Positions 49,694-58,674 of a stretch of DNA of 64,000 nucleotides are shown here, piece by piece. The stretch lies in the NCBI GenBank assembly GCA_963776345.1, contig CAVZMH010000024.1, positions 1-64,000 of the forward strand. Direction: 5' to 3'. The stretch is from an uncultured delta proteobacterium (GTDB lineage Bacteria; Myxococcota; Myxococcia; Myxococcales; Myxococcaceae). The translations under genes were made by a program, and so were the position numbers. The stretch's first letter is position 1, and every line of letters starts with the position of its first letter. The notes beneath the pieces are model-generated. The model saw nothing but the letters and a program-made list of their open reading frames with translations, was not told where the DNA came from and did not search any database.

Positions 49694-50937
49694 GTGCGGA
49701 CCCTCCTGACCCTCGTCCTGTTCGCCTCGACGCTGGTGGCGGTGATGATCCGTCCGCGCGGCATCGCCGCCGGATGGTGGACCTGCGCGGCGGCGGCCGT
49801 CGCGCTGGCCCTGGGGCTCGTGCATCCCGCCCAGGTCTGGGCGCTGGTCCTCGTGGCCCGCGAGGCCCTCCTCTTCCTGCTGGCGCTGCTCCTCCTCTCC
49901 GCCCTGCTCGAGGCGAGCGGGTTCTTCGAGTGGGCCGCGGTGCTCGCCGCGCGCTCGGCGCGGAGCGGGGCGGGGCTCCTGGGAAGCGTGCTGGTGCTCG
50001 GGTCGCTGATCACCATCGTGCTCTCGCTGGACACCACCGCGGTCATCCTCACCCCGCTGGTGGTGGCGGCGGTGCAGCGGCTCGAGGTGCCGGCGCGGCC
50101 GTACATCCTGGTCTGCGTCTTCGTCTCCAACGTGGCCTCGCTGCTGCTCCCGGTGAGCAACCTCACCAACCTCCTCCTCGCCGCGCACGTCCCGGCCGCG
50201 CGGTTCGCCGCGGCGATGGGGCTGCCCCAGCTGGCGACGCTCCTGGTGCTCTGGGCGGGGCTGCGCTTCGCCTGCCGGCGGGAGCTGGGCTCCACGCTCG
50301 ACACCGCGCGCCTGCCCCGCGCCTCGACGGTCATCGTGGACCGGCCGTTCTTCCTCGCGGCCTGCGGCGTGCTCGTGCTCCTGGTGCTCGGCTACTTCCT
50401 CGGTCCCGCCCTCGGCGTCCCGGTGTGGGTGACGACCTTCGCCGGGGTGCTGGTCCTCGGCGCGGTGGGGGTCGCGCGCCAGCGGCTGGGGAGGAGCGGG
50501 GTCCAGCACCTCTCGCTCGGGGTGTTCCCGTTCGTGGTGGGGCTCTTCGCCCTGGTGCAGGCGGTGGAGAACCTCGGGCTCGATCGGCCGCTGGTCCGGT
50601 GGCTGGCGGAGCCGCGGCCGGCCTGGGTGGGGCTGGCGGCGATGACCGGGGTGGCGAGCGCGCCTCGAGCGCGCTCAACAACCTGCCGGCCACGCTGCTG
50701 GTCCGCTCGCTGCTCGACGCGCTCCATGCGCCGGAGGCGTGGATGCATGCCGCGCTGCTCGGGACCAACATCGGGAGCTGCCTCACGCCGCACGGGACGC
50801 TGGCCACGCTGCTGGTCCTCTCCGCCGCCGCGCGCAGGGGGGTCGACCTGCCGCCGCTGGAGGTGGTCAAGGTGTCGGTGTGGCTGGTGCCGGCGATGCT
50901 GGTGGCTGGGCTTGTCGCGCTCTGGGTGGTGCACTGA
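49694..50937 (+). CDS. ArsB/NhaD-family anion permease; frameshift near 50660
   Basis: SGFFEWAA, SLDTTAVILTP, SLLLPVSNLTNL, then in the shifted frame NNLPA...GTNIG..LTPHGTLATLL. Confidence 0.85.
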
Positions 50938-52688
50938 TGCTCGGCACGCACCTCATGACCCACCCCACTCGCTGGCCCGCGACCTTGGTCCTGCTCGTCC
51001 CGCTGCTGGGGGCGGCAGCGCCGCCGCCCGGCGCCTCCCGCGGCGCGTCCGTCTTCCTGGAGCGGTGCGTGCTCTGTCACACCGTCGAGCCCGGCGCGGC
51101 CGGCGGTCGGGGCCCGAACCTGCGCGGCGTGGTCGGGCGGAAGGCGGCGAGCACCGACTTCGGGTACTCGGCCGCGCTCACCCGCTGGGGCAAGACCTGG
51201 ACCCCCGAGCTGCTCCAGAAGTACCTGACGAACCCAGGTGCGCTCGTTCCGGGCACCACGATGGACCAGAAGGTCACCGACCGGGGCGAGCGCGCGGACC
51301 TCGTCGCCTACCTGAGAACGCTCGAGGCCTCGAAGCTCCCTCAGCCTCCGAGCGTGTCGGCTGGACCCTCGCCCCTTCCGGACGCAGGGGTGCCCGGGCA
51401 GGTCTCGGCGGGGGTGAGCGCTCCGGACGCGGGCGTTGGCTCCGTGCTCACCGGCCCCGCGGCGTTCGGCGACTGGCGGTCCGATGCGCCCGGCGTCCTG
51501 CGCCACATCCGCGTCGAGGACCTCCCGGTGCCCTTCGCCACCAGCTCGGCCCGGAACAGCCCCCGGATCGTCCCGAGGCCGGAAGGCGCATGGCCCCGCG
51601 CTCCACCGGGCTGGCGGGTGGACCTCTTCGCCGAGGGGCTCGAGGAGCCACGGCAGATCCGCATCGCTCCGGGCGGCGACGTCTTCATCGCCGAGACCGC
51701 CCGGGGGCGTATCCGGGTGCTCCGGGCGAGGGACGGCGCCCGGCGGGCCGAGCAGCGCTGGACCTTCGCCGACGGGCTCGACGGACCGTTCGGGATGGCG
51801 TTCTACCCGCCGGGCCCCGCGCCGCAGTGGCTGGTCGTCGCCGAGACCAACCGGGTGGTGCGCTTCCCGTACCGCGACGGGGACACCGCCGCTCGCGGCC
51901 GGCCCGAGGTCGTCGTCGCCCAGCTCGCGCCCACCAGCGGAGGCCACACCACCCGCGACGTCGTCTTCTCGCTCGACGGGAGGCGGATGTTCGTCTCGGT
52001 CGGGAGCCAGTCCAACGTGGCCGAGTGGATGGGCAAGAAGAGCGCCGAGGAGGTGCGGGCGTGGGAGTCCAACCGTCCGACCGGTGCGGCCTGGGGGCTC
52101 GAGGAGCGCCGGGCGAACGTCCTGGTCTTCGAGCCCGCGGGCGGGGAGGGCCGCATCTTCGCCACCGGCCTCCGCAACTGCGTGGGCATGGCGGTGCATC
52201 CGGCGACCGGGGACCTGTGGTGCTCCACCAACGAGCGCGATGGGATGGGGGACGACCTGGTGCCCGACCACGTCACCCGGGTGCGCGAGGGCGCCTACTA
52301 CGGCTGGCCGTGGTACTGGCTCGGCAACCACGAGGAGCCGCGGCTCGGGGGCCACCGTCCCGACCTGGCCGGGAAGGCCACCGTGCCCGACGTGCTGCTC
52401 CAGGCGCACTCGGCCTCGCTCGGCATGACCTTCCGGGAGGGGGACGGATTCGCCGCGGAGCACGGCTCGTGGAACCGTGAGCGACGCACCGGCTACAAGG
52501 TCATCCGCATCCCGACGCGGAACGGGGTGCCCACCGGCGAGTACGAGGACTTCTTGACCGGGTTCGTGGTCGACGCGCGCAACGTCTGGGGCCGCCCGGT
52601 GGGGGTGGCGGTGGCGCACGACGGTGCGCTGCTGGTGACCGAGGACGCGGGCGGAACCGTGTGGCGGGTGGCACCGGCGTCTCCTTGA
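50937..52688 (+). CDS. Cytochrome c - sorbosone/glucose dehydrogenase (PQQ-type beta-propeller) fusion
   Basis: Signal peptide; CVLCH heme motif, GPNL, VPGTTM; PFGMAF, ATGLRN, NERDGMGDDLVPD, YGWPW, HGSWNR, GRPVGV. Confidence 0.9.
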   Translation: MLGTHLMTHPTRWPATLVLLVPLLGAAAPPPGASRGASVFLERCVLCHTVEPGAAGGRGPNLRGVVGRKAASTDFGYSAALTRWGKTWTPELLQKYLTNPGALVPGTTMDQKVTDRGERADLVAYLRTLEASKLPQPPSVSAGPSPLPDAGVPGQVSAGVSAPDAGVGSVLTGPAAFGDWRSDAPGVLRHIRVEDLPVPFATSSARNSPRIVPRPEGAWPRAPPGWRVDLFAEGLEEPRQIRIAPGGDVFIAETARGRIRVLRARDGARRAEQRWTFADGLDGPFGMAFYPPGPAPQWLVVAETNRVVRFPYRDGDTAARGRPEVVVAQLAPTSGGHTTRDVVFSLDGRRMFVSVGSQSNVAEWMGKKSAEEVRAWESNRPTGAAWGLEERRANVLVFEPAGGEGRIFATGLRNCVGMAVHPATGDLWCSTNERDGMGDDLVPDHVTRVREGAYYGWPWYWLGNHEEPRLGGHRPDLAGKATVPDVLLQAHSASLGMTFREGDGFAAEHGSWNRERRTGYKVIRIPTRNGVPTGEYEDFLTGFVVDARNVWGRPVGVAVAHDGALLVTEDAGGTVWRVAPASP

Positions 52689-52744
52689 CGGTGGGGGGAA
52701 TTCCGGGTGGGCGCTCGTCTGCCCGCCGTGCTCTGCTGCTCGCC

Positions 52745-55468
52745 GTGCGCCGGCGCGTCTTCGTGGTGGCAGGCGAGTACGGGAGCAACCCCCGGTTCCT
52801 GACCGCGGAGCGGCGCTCATCCGAGTTCCTCTCCGAGCCCGCACCGGAGCCCGAGGCCGCCGAGCTGGCGCGGCTGTTCTTCCGCTACCCCAACCGGAGC
52901 GACGACGGCCGCGCCCGGCCGGCCGACTGGGAGCGTGACTACGGCCTGACCGAGCCGGTGACGCTCACCGACCTGCTGGCCTCGGCGGGACACCGGGCGC
53001 TGTCCAGCCTCCACGCGCTGCTCGGGGACGCGAGCTACCGCGGGACCTGCGATCGCATCACCGACCTGTTCGTCACCTGCATGCCGGGGCTCGATCCCAA
53101 CGAGCGGATGAACGTGGGACTCGTGCCGCAGACGCTCCAGGCGACGCTCCAGCTCTCGCGTCGTGCGCGGTGCCAGTTCCTGGCCGGCACCTCGGACAGC
53201 GGGGCGTGGGCCTTCGCCCAGGCGGTGCGGGCGGCCCGGTCCGCCGAGCGCGGGGCGACCGTCCTGGTGGTCGCCGGGCAGATCCTCCCCTCGGGCTACG
53301 CCTCGCAGTACCAGATCCGCACCGTGCTCGGGGACCTCGACCAGGCGCGCGGGCTGGACATGCTGGTCGTCGGCGACCTCCTGATGGACTGCATGCGCCG
53401 GAACCTCGGGGTCTCGCGCCAGGCGATCGAGGCCGCGCTGGCGACCATCTCGATGCGCAAGTTCCAGGCGGCGGGCGCCTACCCGGCGGCGATGCTCTCC
53501 GGACGCCTCCCTCGCCGGAGCACCCGGCGGACGCCCTACTTCGACGGCGACGACATCGCCGCCCCGTGCTGCGGCGCAGCCGCCACGCTGGTCACCTCCG
53601 ACGAGGATCTGGTGGCGCAGGTGCTCGCCGCCCGTTCGCCCCGCCACGCCGGCTCGCCGGTGGTGGAGGTGCTCGGGGTGGGGGAGGGGAGCAGCAACCC
53701 GAGCTTCCTCGAGCGGCAGTCTCCGCTGATCTTCGCCACCGCCATCCGGGAGGCCTTCGCCGCGACCGCCGACGACGCGGCGGTGAGGCCGGCCACGTTC
53801 CCCGGCGCCGGGTTCGGGGTGGTGCACGACGCCTTCCCCAGCATCGAGCTGGCCTTCCTGCTCGGGATGGGCCTCGACTGGCACCGGGCGGTGGAGCGGA
53901 TGCGCGACGGGTGGAGCAACCCGTACGGGGGGCTCCTGACCTTCGGCCACGCGCTCGGGGCGTCGGGCCTGGTGCAGGTGAACAAGACGCAGCACGTCTT
54001 CAGCGGAGACCGGCGGCATCTCCGTCCCATTCCGTCGGGGCCGGGGCCGCTGCCCGGGACGCTGGCCTTCACCACCTCGGTGGGAGGACCGCTCTCGCAC
54101 ATCGTGGTCTCGCTCTTCCGGGGAGGGAGCGGAGAGCTGCCGCAGTCGGGCCGGACCAGCCCCTCGGCGGAGTGGACCGAGCGACGGCGGAAGCTCCGCC
54201 GGGCGCTCCCGGTGCATCTCGGGCGGGTGGAGCGGGCGCTGGCCGGAGGTGGGCGGCCGATGCTGGTCGAGGGCGCGACCTACGTCAGCATCCGGAGCTG
54301 CCTCCGGGCGTTGAGGCCGGCGGACATCTCCGGGCTCACCTTCGACGGGGTGGAGGCGCTGGTCCGTCCCGAGTGCCTGGACGAGGTACGGGTCCGGTTG
54401 CGGGGGCTGGTGTCGGTGGTGGTGTCCGAGGCCGAGCGGCTCTCGTCACTCTTCGACGTGTTCCGCGTGCTCACCGACGAGCTCACCGCGATGGCGGACG
54501 ACTGGCGCGGGTCGGGCTGGTTCTCGCCGGAGGCCGGGGCGATGACGCCGGCGCGCCTGACCGAGCGGCTGAAGGAGTGTCTGCGCGTCCCGCTGGCCAT
54601 CCTCTGCGTGCGGGAGGACGGGCGCCTCTCGAGGGTGGTGCAGTTCCTCCCGAGGGACGGGCTCGGGTACGAGGCGCTCGAGGGGGTCGATCTGCTCGCC
54701 GAGCGCGATGGCGTGCTGCGTGCGGTCTCCGGCCCGGACGCGGCGCTGCTGTTGCCGTGGTGGAACGTGCATGCCCGGCGCCCGTCGGACGGCGGCGGCC
54801 CGGCGGTGACCGGCCCGGAACGCCTCGACGCGCTGTTCGGCCCGGGAGCGGAGTCGGTCCGGGAAGTCCCCGCAGATCTGGGATTGCTCCGCGAATGGGC
54901 GTTGCCCGAGCCGCGCCCCTGGGCGAAGGAGCTCGCCTCGGACGGCTCGTCGCGACCCGTGCTCCGGGCCGTGGCCTACGTCGCCCAGGTGGTCCCGCCG
55001 GCGCCGGATCGGCTCGCCGCGGCGCAGGAGGCGCTGGCGGAGGCGGCGCGCGAGGCCCAGGGGTGGCTCGGACGGTGGCAGTTCGCCATCGCCCAGGCCG
55101 GGAGCCGGCTGTGGATGACCGGCGTCTCGGCCGCGGCGACCGACGCGACGGACCTCCTGCGCTTCGCCCGGGAGGTGGCGCGGGCTGCGGCGGTCTCCGG
55201 CCTTCAAGTTCGCGCGGCGCTGGCGACCGGGACGGGGACGCTGTTCGAGGACGTGCACGGGCGGCCGGCGGTGGCCTCCGAGCTCACGGTGCGCGCGGTC
55301 GAGGCGCTCGGGGCGCTGGACCGTTCCATTCCCGCGGGGGAGCCCGGCCCGGCCGCGGTCCTCGCGCTGACGATGGACGAGGTGGACGGGCCGCTCGGCG
55401 ACGCGGAGACCGCCGGGTGGCACACGGCGGCGACGAGCGGGGGCGTCCGGCTGTTCGTGCTCGAGTAG
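52745..55468 (+). CDS. SCP2-type thiolase-like domain fused to an unknown middle region and a degenerate class III nucleotide cyclase-like domain
   Basis: GTSDSG, PCCGAAA, VHDAF, NPYGGLLTFGHALGASG; C-terminal LQVRAALATG...GRPAVASELTVRA. Confidence 0.7.
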   Translation: MRRRVFVVAGEYGSNPRFLTAERRSSEFLSEPAPEPEAAELARLFFRYPNRSDDGRARPADWERDYGLTEPVTLTDLLASAGHRALSSLHALLGDASYRGTCDRITDLFVTCMPGLDPNERMNVGLVPQTLQATLQLSRRARCQFLAGTSDSGAWAFAQAVRAARSAERGATVLVVAGQILPSGYASQYQIRTVLGDLDQARGLDMLVVGDLLMDCMRRNLGVSRQAIEAALATISMRKFQAAGAYPAAMLSGRLPRRSTRRTPYFDGDDIAAPCCGAAATLVTSDEDLVAQVLAARSPRHAGSPVVEVLGVGEGSSNPSFLERQSPLIFATAIREAFAATADDAAVRPATFPGAGFGVVHDAFPSIELAFLLGMGLDWHRAVERMRDGWSNPYGGLLTFGHALGASGLVQVNKTQHVFSGDRRHLRPIPSGPGPLPGTLAFTTSVGGPLSHIVVSLFRGGSGELPQSGRTSPSAEWTERRRKLRRALPVHLGRVERALAGGGRPMLVEGATYVSIRSCLRALRPADISGLTFDGVEALVRPECLDEVRVRLRGLVSVVVSEAERLSSLFDVFRVLTDELTAMADDWRGSGWFSPEAGAMTPARLTERLKECLRVPLAILCVREDGRLSRVVQFLPRDGLGYEALEGVDLLAERDGVLRAVSGPDAALLLPWWNVHARRPSDGGGPAVTGPERLDALFGPGAESVREVPADLGLLREWALPEPRPWAKELASDGSSRPVLRAVAYVAQVVPPAPDRLAAAQEALAEAAREAQGWLGRWQFAIAQAGSRLWMTGVSAAATDATDLLRFAREVARAAAVSGLQVRAALATGTGTLFEDVHGRPAVASELTVRAVEALGALDRSIPAGEPGPAAVLALTMDEVDGPLGDAETAGWHTAATSGGVRLFVLE

Positions 55469-57573
55469 TCCTCAGGGGTGGAGGGCGTCGAACCTGGCAC
55501 GCGCCGGGAGGACGGCGGTCTTGGTCGCTCCAAGCGCGTCGACCCACGGCCAGGGGTTACTGCCGAAGAAGTCCGGCTTCCTCGCGAGGTAGAGCGAGTC
55601 CGGCACGGGCTGCTCCGGCCGGTCCCAGTGGACCTGGTTGGTGACGTAGTCGTAGTTCCCGTCGCGGATGACGGTGCCGAGCACCGTCGCATCCTCGGAG
55701 CGGTTCCAGTCGGTGGGGTTGTACCCGAGCTGCCACATCGGGGTGTTGTCGGTCTGCCACGGGGAGGCGGTGACGCCCGAGCCGTAGATGAACGGTCCGG
55801 GCGTGCCCACGCCCTGCGAGCGCGCCGGAGGGATGCTCTGCCCGCTGCTCCCGAGCACGTTCCCGATGAAGGTGTAATAGCGGTGGCCGGTCATCAGGCC
55901 GATGGCCCGCCGGTTCTGGGTGTCCTCGTAGACCAGGCCCCCGCTGCTGTAGGTGTCGAGCGGCGAGGCGGCCCGGCGGATCCCGGTGAGGTGGTTGCGG
56001 AAGACGGTGATGTAGACCGCGTTTCCCCAGGTGGAGTCGCCGTCGAAGTTGAAGCTCTGGTTGCCCTCGAAGAGCTCGTAGTTGGGGGTCGTCATGTGCG
56101 AGGCGTTGAGCCCCACCTCGACCCAGCAGGCCTGGTAGTCGATCCACCCGTCATCCATGTCGTTGTAGGCGATGACGTTGCCGCCCCCGGTGGCCCGCAT
56201 CACCATCACCTTGTTGAAGTTCCAGGAGATGTTGTTCTCGATCAGGTTGTCCGAGGCGTGCCAGTTCATCGCCAGGCCGTAGCCGCCGCCGCCAGGGCTG
56301 GGGTTCACCGTCTCGTGGAGGTACGAGTCGCGCAGCACCGAGCGGAAGGTGCCGGTCATCGCCACGTCCGAGCCGTCGCTCTTGTCCGCCTCGATGTTGC
56401 GCATCCAGCAGTAGGCGCACCAGTTCATCGAGACGTTGGCCCCGTTGTCTCCGCCCTTGCCGCCGGTGAGCCGCAGGTCCTCGATTCCCGCGTTGCGGAT
56501 CGCCGCCACCACCGGGCCGCTGCCCGAGCTGCTGCTGGAGAGCCGGAGCAGCTGGGCGGAGTTGGCGGTCTTGTAGGTCATGTGGAACGGGGTGGTGAAG
56601 GTGACGGTGGTTCCGTTGACCGAGGCCACCTCCAGAACCTGCCCGGTGGGGCGGCCGGCCGCCTCGCCCTGTGAGCCGGGGCCGCGGGCGAACCAGCCGC
56701 GGCTCGCCCCTCCGGGGCCGTCGTCCTGGTCGCCCCACACGGTGACCTGGGGGTCGTCGAGCTGGTCCACCACCACCAGCTCGCCCGCGTTGAGCGCGAG
56801 AGCGCTGACCAGGGTGGCGGTGAAGGAGTCCTTCACCGCGTCCGCCGCCAGGTTGGTGATCTGGGTGAATCCCGACTGGCCGGGATCGAAGGCGATGTTG
56901 GTCCGGCCCCCGGTCTGCTGGAGGGTGGTCTGCGACGCGCCGGCACCGGGGCCGCCCGAACCCCGGAGCACCACGGTGGAGGGGATGTTGATCGTCCGGC
57001 CGATCTTGAAGGTCCCCGCGTCGAGCTTGACCACCTTGTTGGCGCCGCAGGCGTTGATCGCCGACTGGATCGCCGAGGCGTCATCGCCACCGCTGGGGGA
57101 CAAGGTGGCGCAGATGGGCCAGCTGGCGCTGGGGATGCCGCCGACGGAGTTCAACCCGGGGTTCCACGTCGTCGCCCGGTCGGCGGGAAGGATGGTCACC
57201 GGGCCGCCCGGACCCGTGGGGCCGCTCGAGGACACCTGGCCAGTGCAGCCGAGCCCTCCCGCCACGACTGCCAGGGTTGCCCCCGCCCATCTTCCGAGAG
57301 AGCGCTGCTGCATGATCCAGTGTCCTCTGAGTCCGCCTTCGTCAGAGCCGACGAACGTCCGACGGGTGAATCCCGGATCGAGGCTCCGGAGCAACCATTT
57401 TCTCGTCCCGCGCGTGAAGCCGAGGGTGGGACACCACACCTTGCACATCGTTGCCGGGAAATTTCGATCCTCATCGCGTCCTTGGACCGAGCGGACGAGC
57501 GAGGGAACGCCCTGCAACCTTCCGCGACGAGGCGCTCGGCGCGCTGGACCGTTGCATTCCCGCCGGGGAGCCC
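55301..57573. repeat. 45-bp direct repeat (55301-55345 and 57529-57573) bracketing the beta-helix gene
   Basis: gaggcgctcgg(g/c)gcgctggaccgtt(c/g)cattcccgc(g/c)ggggagccc, 42/45 identical. Confidence 0.85.
55472..57313 (-). CDS. Secreted lipoprotein with pectin-lyase-like right-handed beta-helix (putative glycan-active enzyme)
   Basis: Lipobox GLGC; WNPG...GGIP, DDASAIQSAINAC, VVLRGSG, GGGGYG, DNLIENNI, GNVIAYN, SLYL..KP.FF. Confidence 0.8.
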   Translation of the reverse strand: MQQRSLGRWAGATLAVVAGGLGCTGQVSSSGPTGPGGPVTILPADRATTWNPGLNSVGGIPSASWPICATLSPSGGDDASAIQSAINACGANKVVKLDAGTFKIGRTINIPSTVVLRGSGGPGAGASQTTLQQTGGRTNIAFDPGQSGFTQITNLAADAVKDSFTATLVSALALNAGELVVVDQLDDPQVTVWGDQDDGPGGASRGWFARGPGSQGEAAGRPTGQVLEVASVNGTTVTFTTPFHMTYKTANSAQLLRLSSSSSGSGPVVAAIRNAGIEDLRLTGGKGGDNGANVSMNWCAYCWMRNIEADKSDGSDVAMTGTFRSVLRDSYLHETVNPSPGGGGYGLAMNWHASDNLIENNISWNFNKVMVMRATGGGNVIAYNDMDDGWIDYQACWVEVGLNASHMTTPNYELFEGNQSFNFDGDSTWGNAVYITVFRNHLTGIRRAASPLDTYSSGGLVYEDTQNRRAIGLMTGHRYYTFIGNVLGSSGQSIPPARSQGVGTPGPFIYGSGVTASPWQTDNTPMWQLGYNPTDWNRSEDATVLGTVIRDGNYDYVTNQVHWDRPEQPVPDSLYLARKPDFFGSNPWPWVDALGATKTAVLPARARFDALHP

Positions 57574-57800
57574 CGTGCTGGAGTGAGGGTCCGTCTTGAC
57601 CTGCGGCGGCGCGCTCGGACGAGGGCAAGTCGACCGCGCGGCCGTTCGACCCGCGGCGCCGGTTCGCAACGCAGCTTGGCTCCTGGGGACGCGGAGGGCC
57701 GGGGCCGTCGCGCGCGGGCTCGTCCGGACGGCCTGCGCGAGCGGGTGCGCTCTGATTCGGGGCCACGGTGGTGCACGCGCGCGCTCCGGCACCCCCAAAG

Positions 57801-57876
57801 GGGGTTCGACTATTCAGGTAAGTCACCTGTCTATTTCCCAGAAATAGTCAGGCGCATTTCCTGTCTAGTCGACCCC
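57801..57876. promoter_or_regulatory. AT-rich element with two tandem 23-bp dyads inside a 76-nt inverted repeat
   Basis: TATTCAGG-N7-CCTGTCTA (57811-57833) and TAGTCAGG-N7-CCTGTCTA (57845-57867); outer arms GGGGTTCGACTA / TAGTCGACCCC. Confidence 0.6.
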
Positions 57877-57954
57877 TCAGGCCGCCGGCCCGTGTCCCGG
57901 GCGAACTCAGTCCAGAGAGGCGCAGCGCCGTCTCCGGGCAGGACAGCGCCCGAG

Positions 57955-58674
57955 CTACAGCGCCGCCTCGCCGAGGAACTTCTCCTTCACCCGAGCGTCC
58001 CCGAGCAGGTCCTTGGTCGGCCCGCTCAGCGTCAGGCGCCCGGTCTCCAGCACGAAGCCGCGGTTCGCCAGCGCCAGCGCCTGGTGCACGTTCTGCTCCA
58101 CCAGGAGCACGGTCACGCCGCGGCCGTTGATCTCCTTGAGCGCGGCGAACACCTGCCGGACGAGCATCGGAGCCAGGCCCAGCGACGGCTCGTCCAGCAT
58201 CAGCAGCTTCGGCCGCGCCATCAGCCCCCGCCCGATGGCGCACATCTGCTGCTCGCCCCCGCTCAGCGTGCCCGCGTTCTGGTGCGCGCGTTGCTCGAGG
58301 ATGGGAAACATCTCCAGCACCGTGCGCAGCGTCTCCTTGCGCTGCGCGCGGGCCTCCTTCCCGTACGCGCCCATCTCCAGGTTCTCGCGCACCGTCATCT
58401 GCGGCCAGAGCTGCCGCGCCTCGGGCACCAGCACCAGCCCCCGCTCGACCAGCCGATAGGGAGGGAGCCCCGTCACGTCCTCGCCCAGGAAGCGAATGGT
58501 GCCTCGCCGTGGCCTGAGCAGTCCGGCGATGGTCCGGAGCGTCGTGGTCTTGCCGGCGCCGTTCGCCCCCACCAGGGTCACGATCTCGCCCGGATCCACG
58601 TCGAACGACACGTCCCACACCGCCTGGACGTCCCGGTAGAAGACGTCGATCCCCTGGATCTCCAGCGCCTTCAC
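57955..58674 (-). CDS. livF: Branched-chain amino acid-type ABC transporter ATPase
   Basis: GANGAGKTT, VPEAR, LSGGEQQM, LDEPSLGLAP, VEQN. Confidence 0.93.
   Translation of the reverse strand: MKALEIQGIDVFYRDVQAVWDVSFDVDPGEIVTLVGANGAGKTTTLRTIAGLLRPRRGTIRFLGEDVTGLPPYRLVERGLVLVPEARQLWPQMTVRENLEMGAYGKEARAQRKETLRTVLEMFPILEQRAHQNAGTLSGGEQQMCAIGRGLMARPKLLMLDEPSLGLAPMLVRQVFAALKEINGRGVTVLLVEQNVHQALALANRGFVLETGRLTLSGPTKDLLGDARVKEKFLGEAAL

Noticed and set aside
20607..50937. Programmed ribosomal frameshifting or true pseudogenes at the shifted loci
   Set aside because: No recognisable slippery heptamers, the shifts are scattered over unrelated genes and there is no other decay; assembly error is more parsimonious.
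49685..52480. 931-aa permease fusion ORF in the track
   Set aside because: An artefact of the frameshift near 50660; the downstream part is an off-frame reading of the cytochrome c-dehydrogenase gene.
57440..57460. sigma54 promoter for the beta-helix gene (minus strand CGGCAACGATGTGC)
   Set aside because: GG to GC spacing is 9 nt rather than the required 10.
57800..57815. tRNA or tRNA fragment (GGTTCGAC T-loop-like motif)
   Set aside because: No T-stem closure after the loop, and no acceptor stem or CCA; the motif is one arm of the inverted repeat.
57801..57876. Integron attC site
   Set aside because: It lacks the RYYYAAC...GTTRRRY ends; no intI or cassette array.
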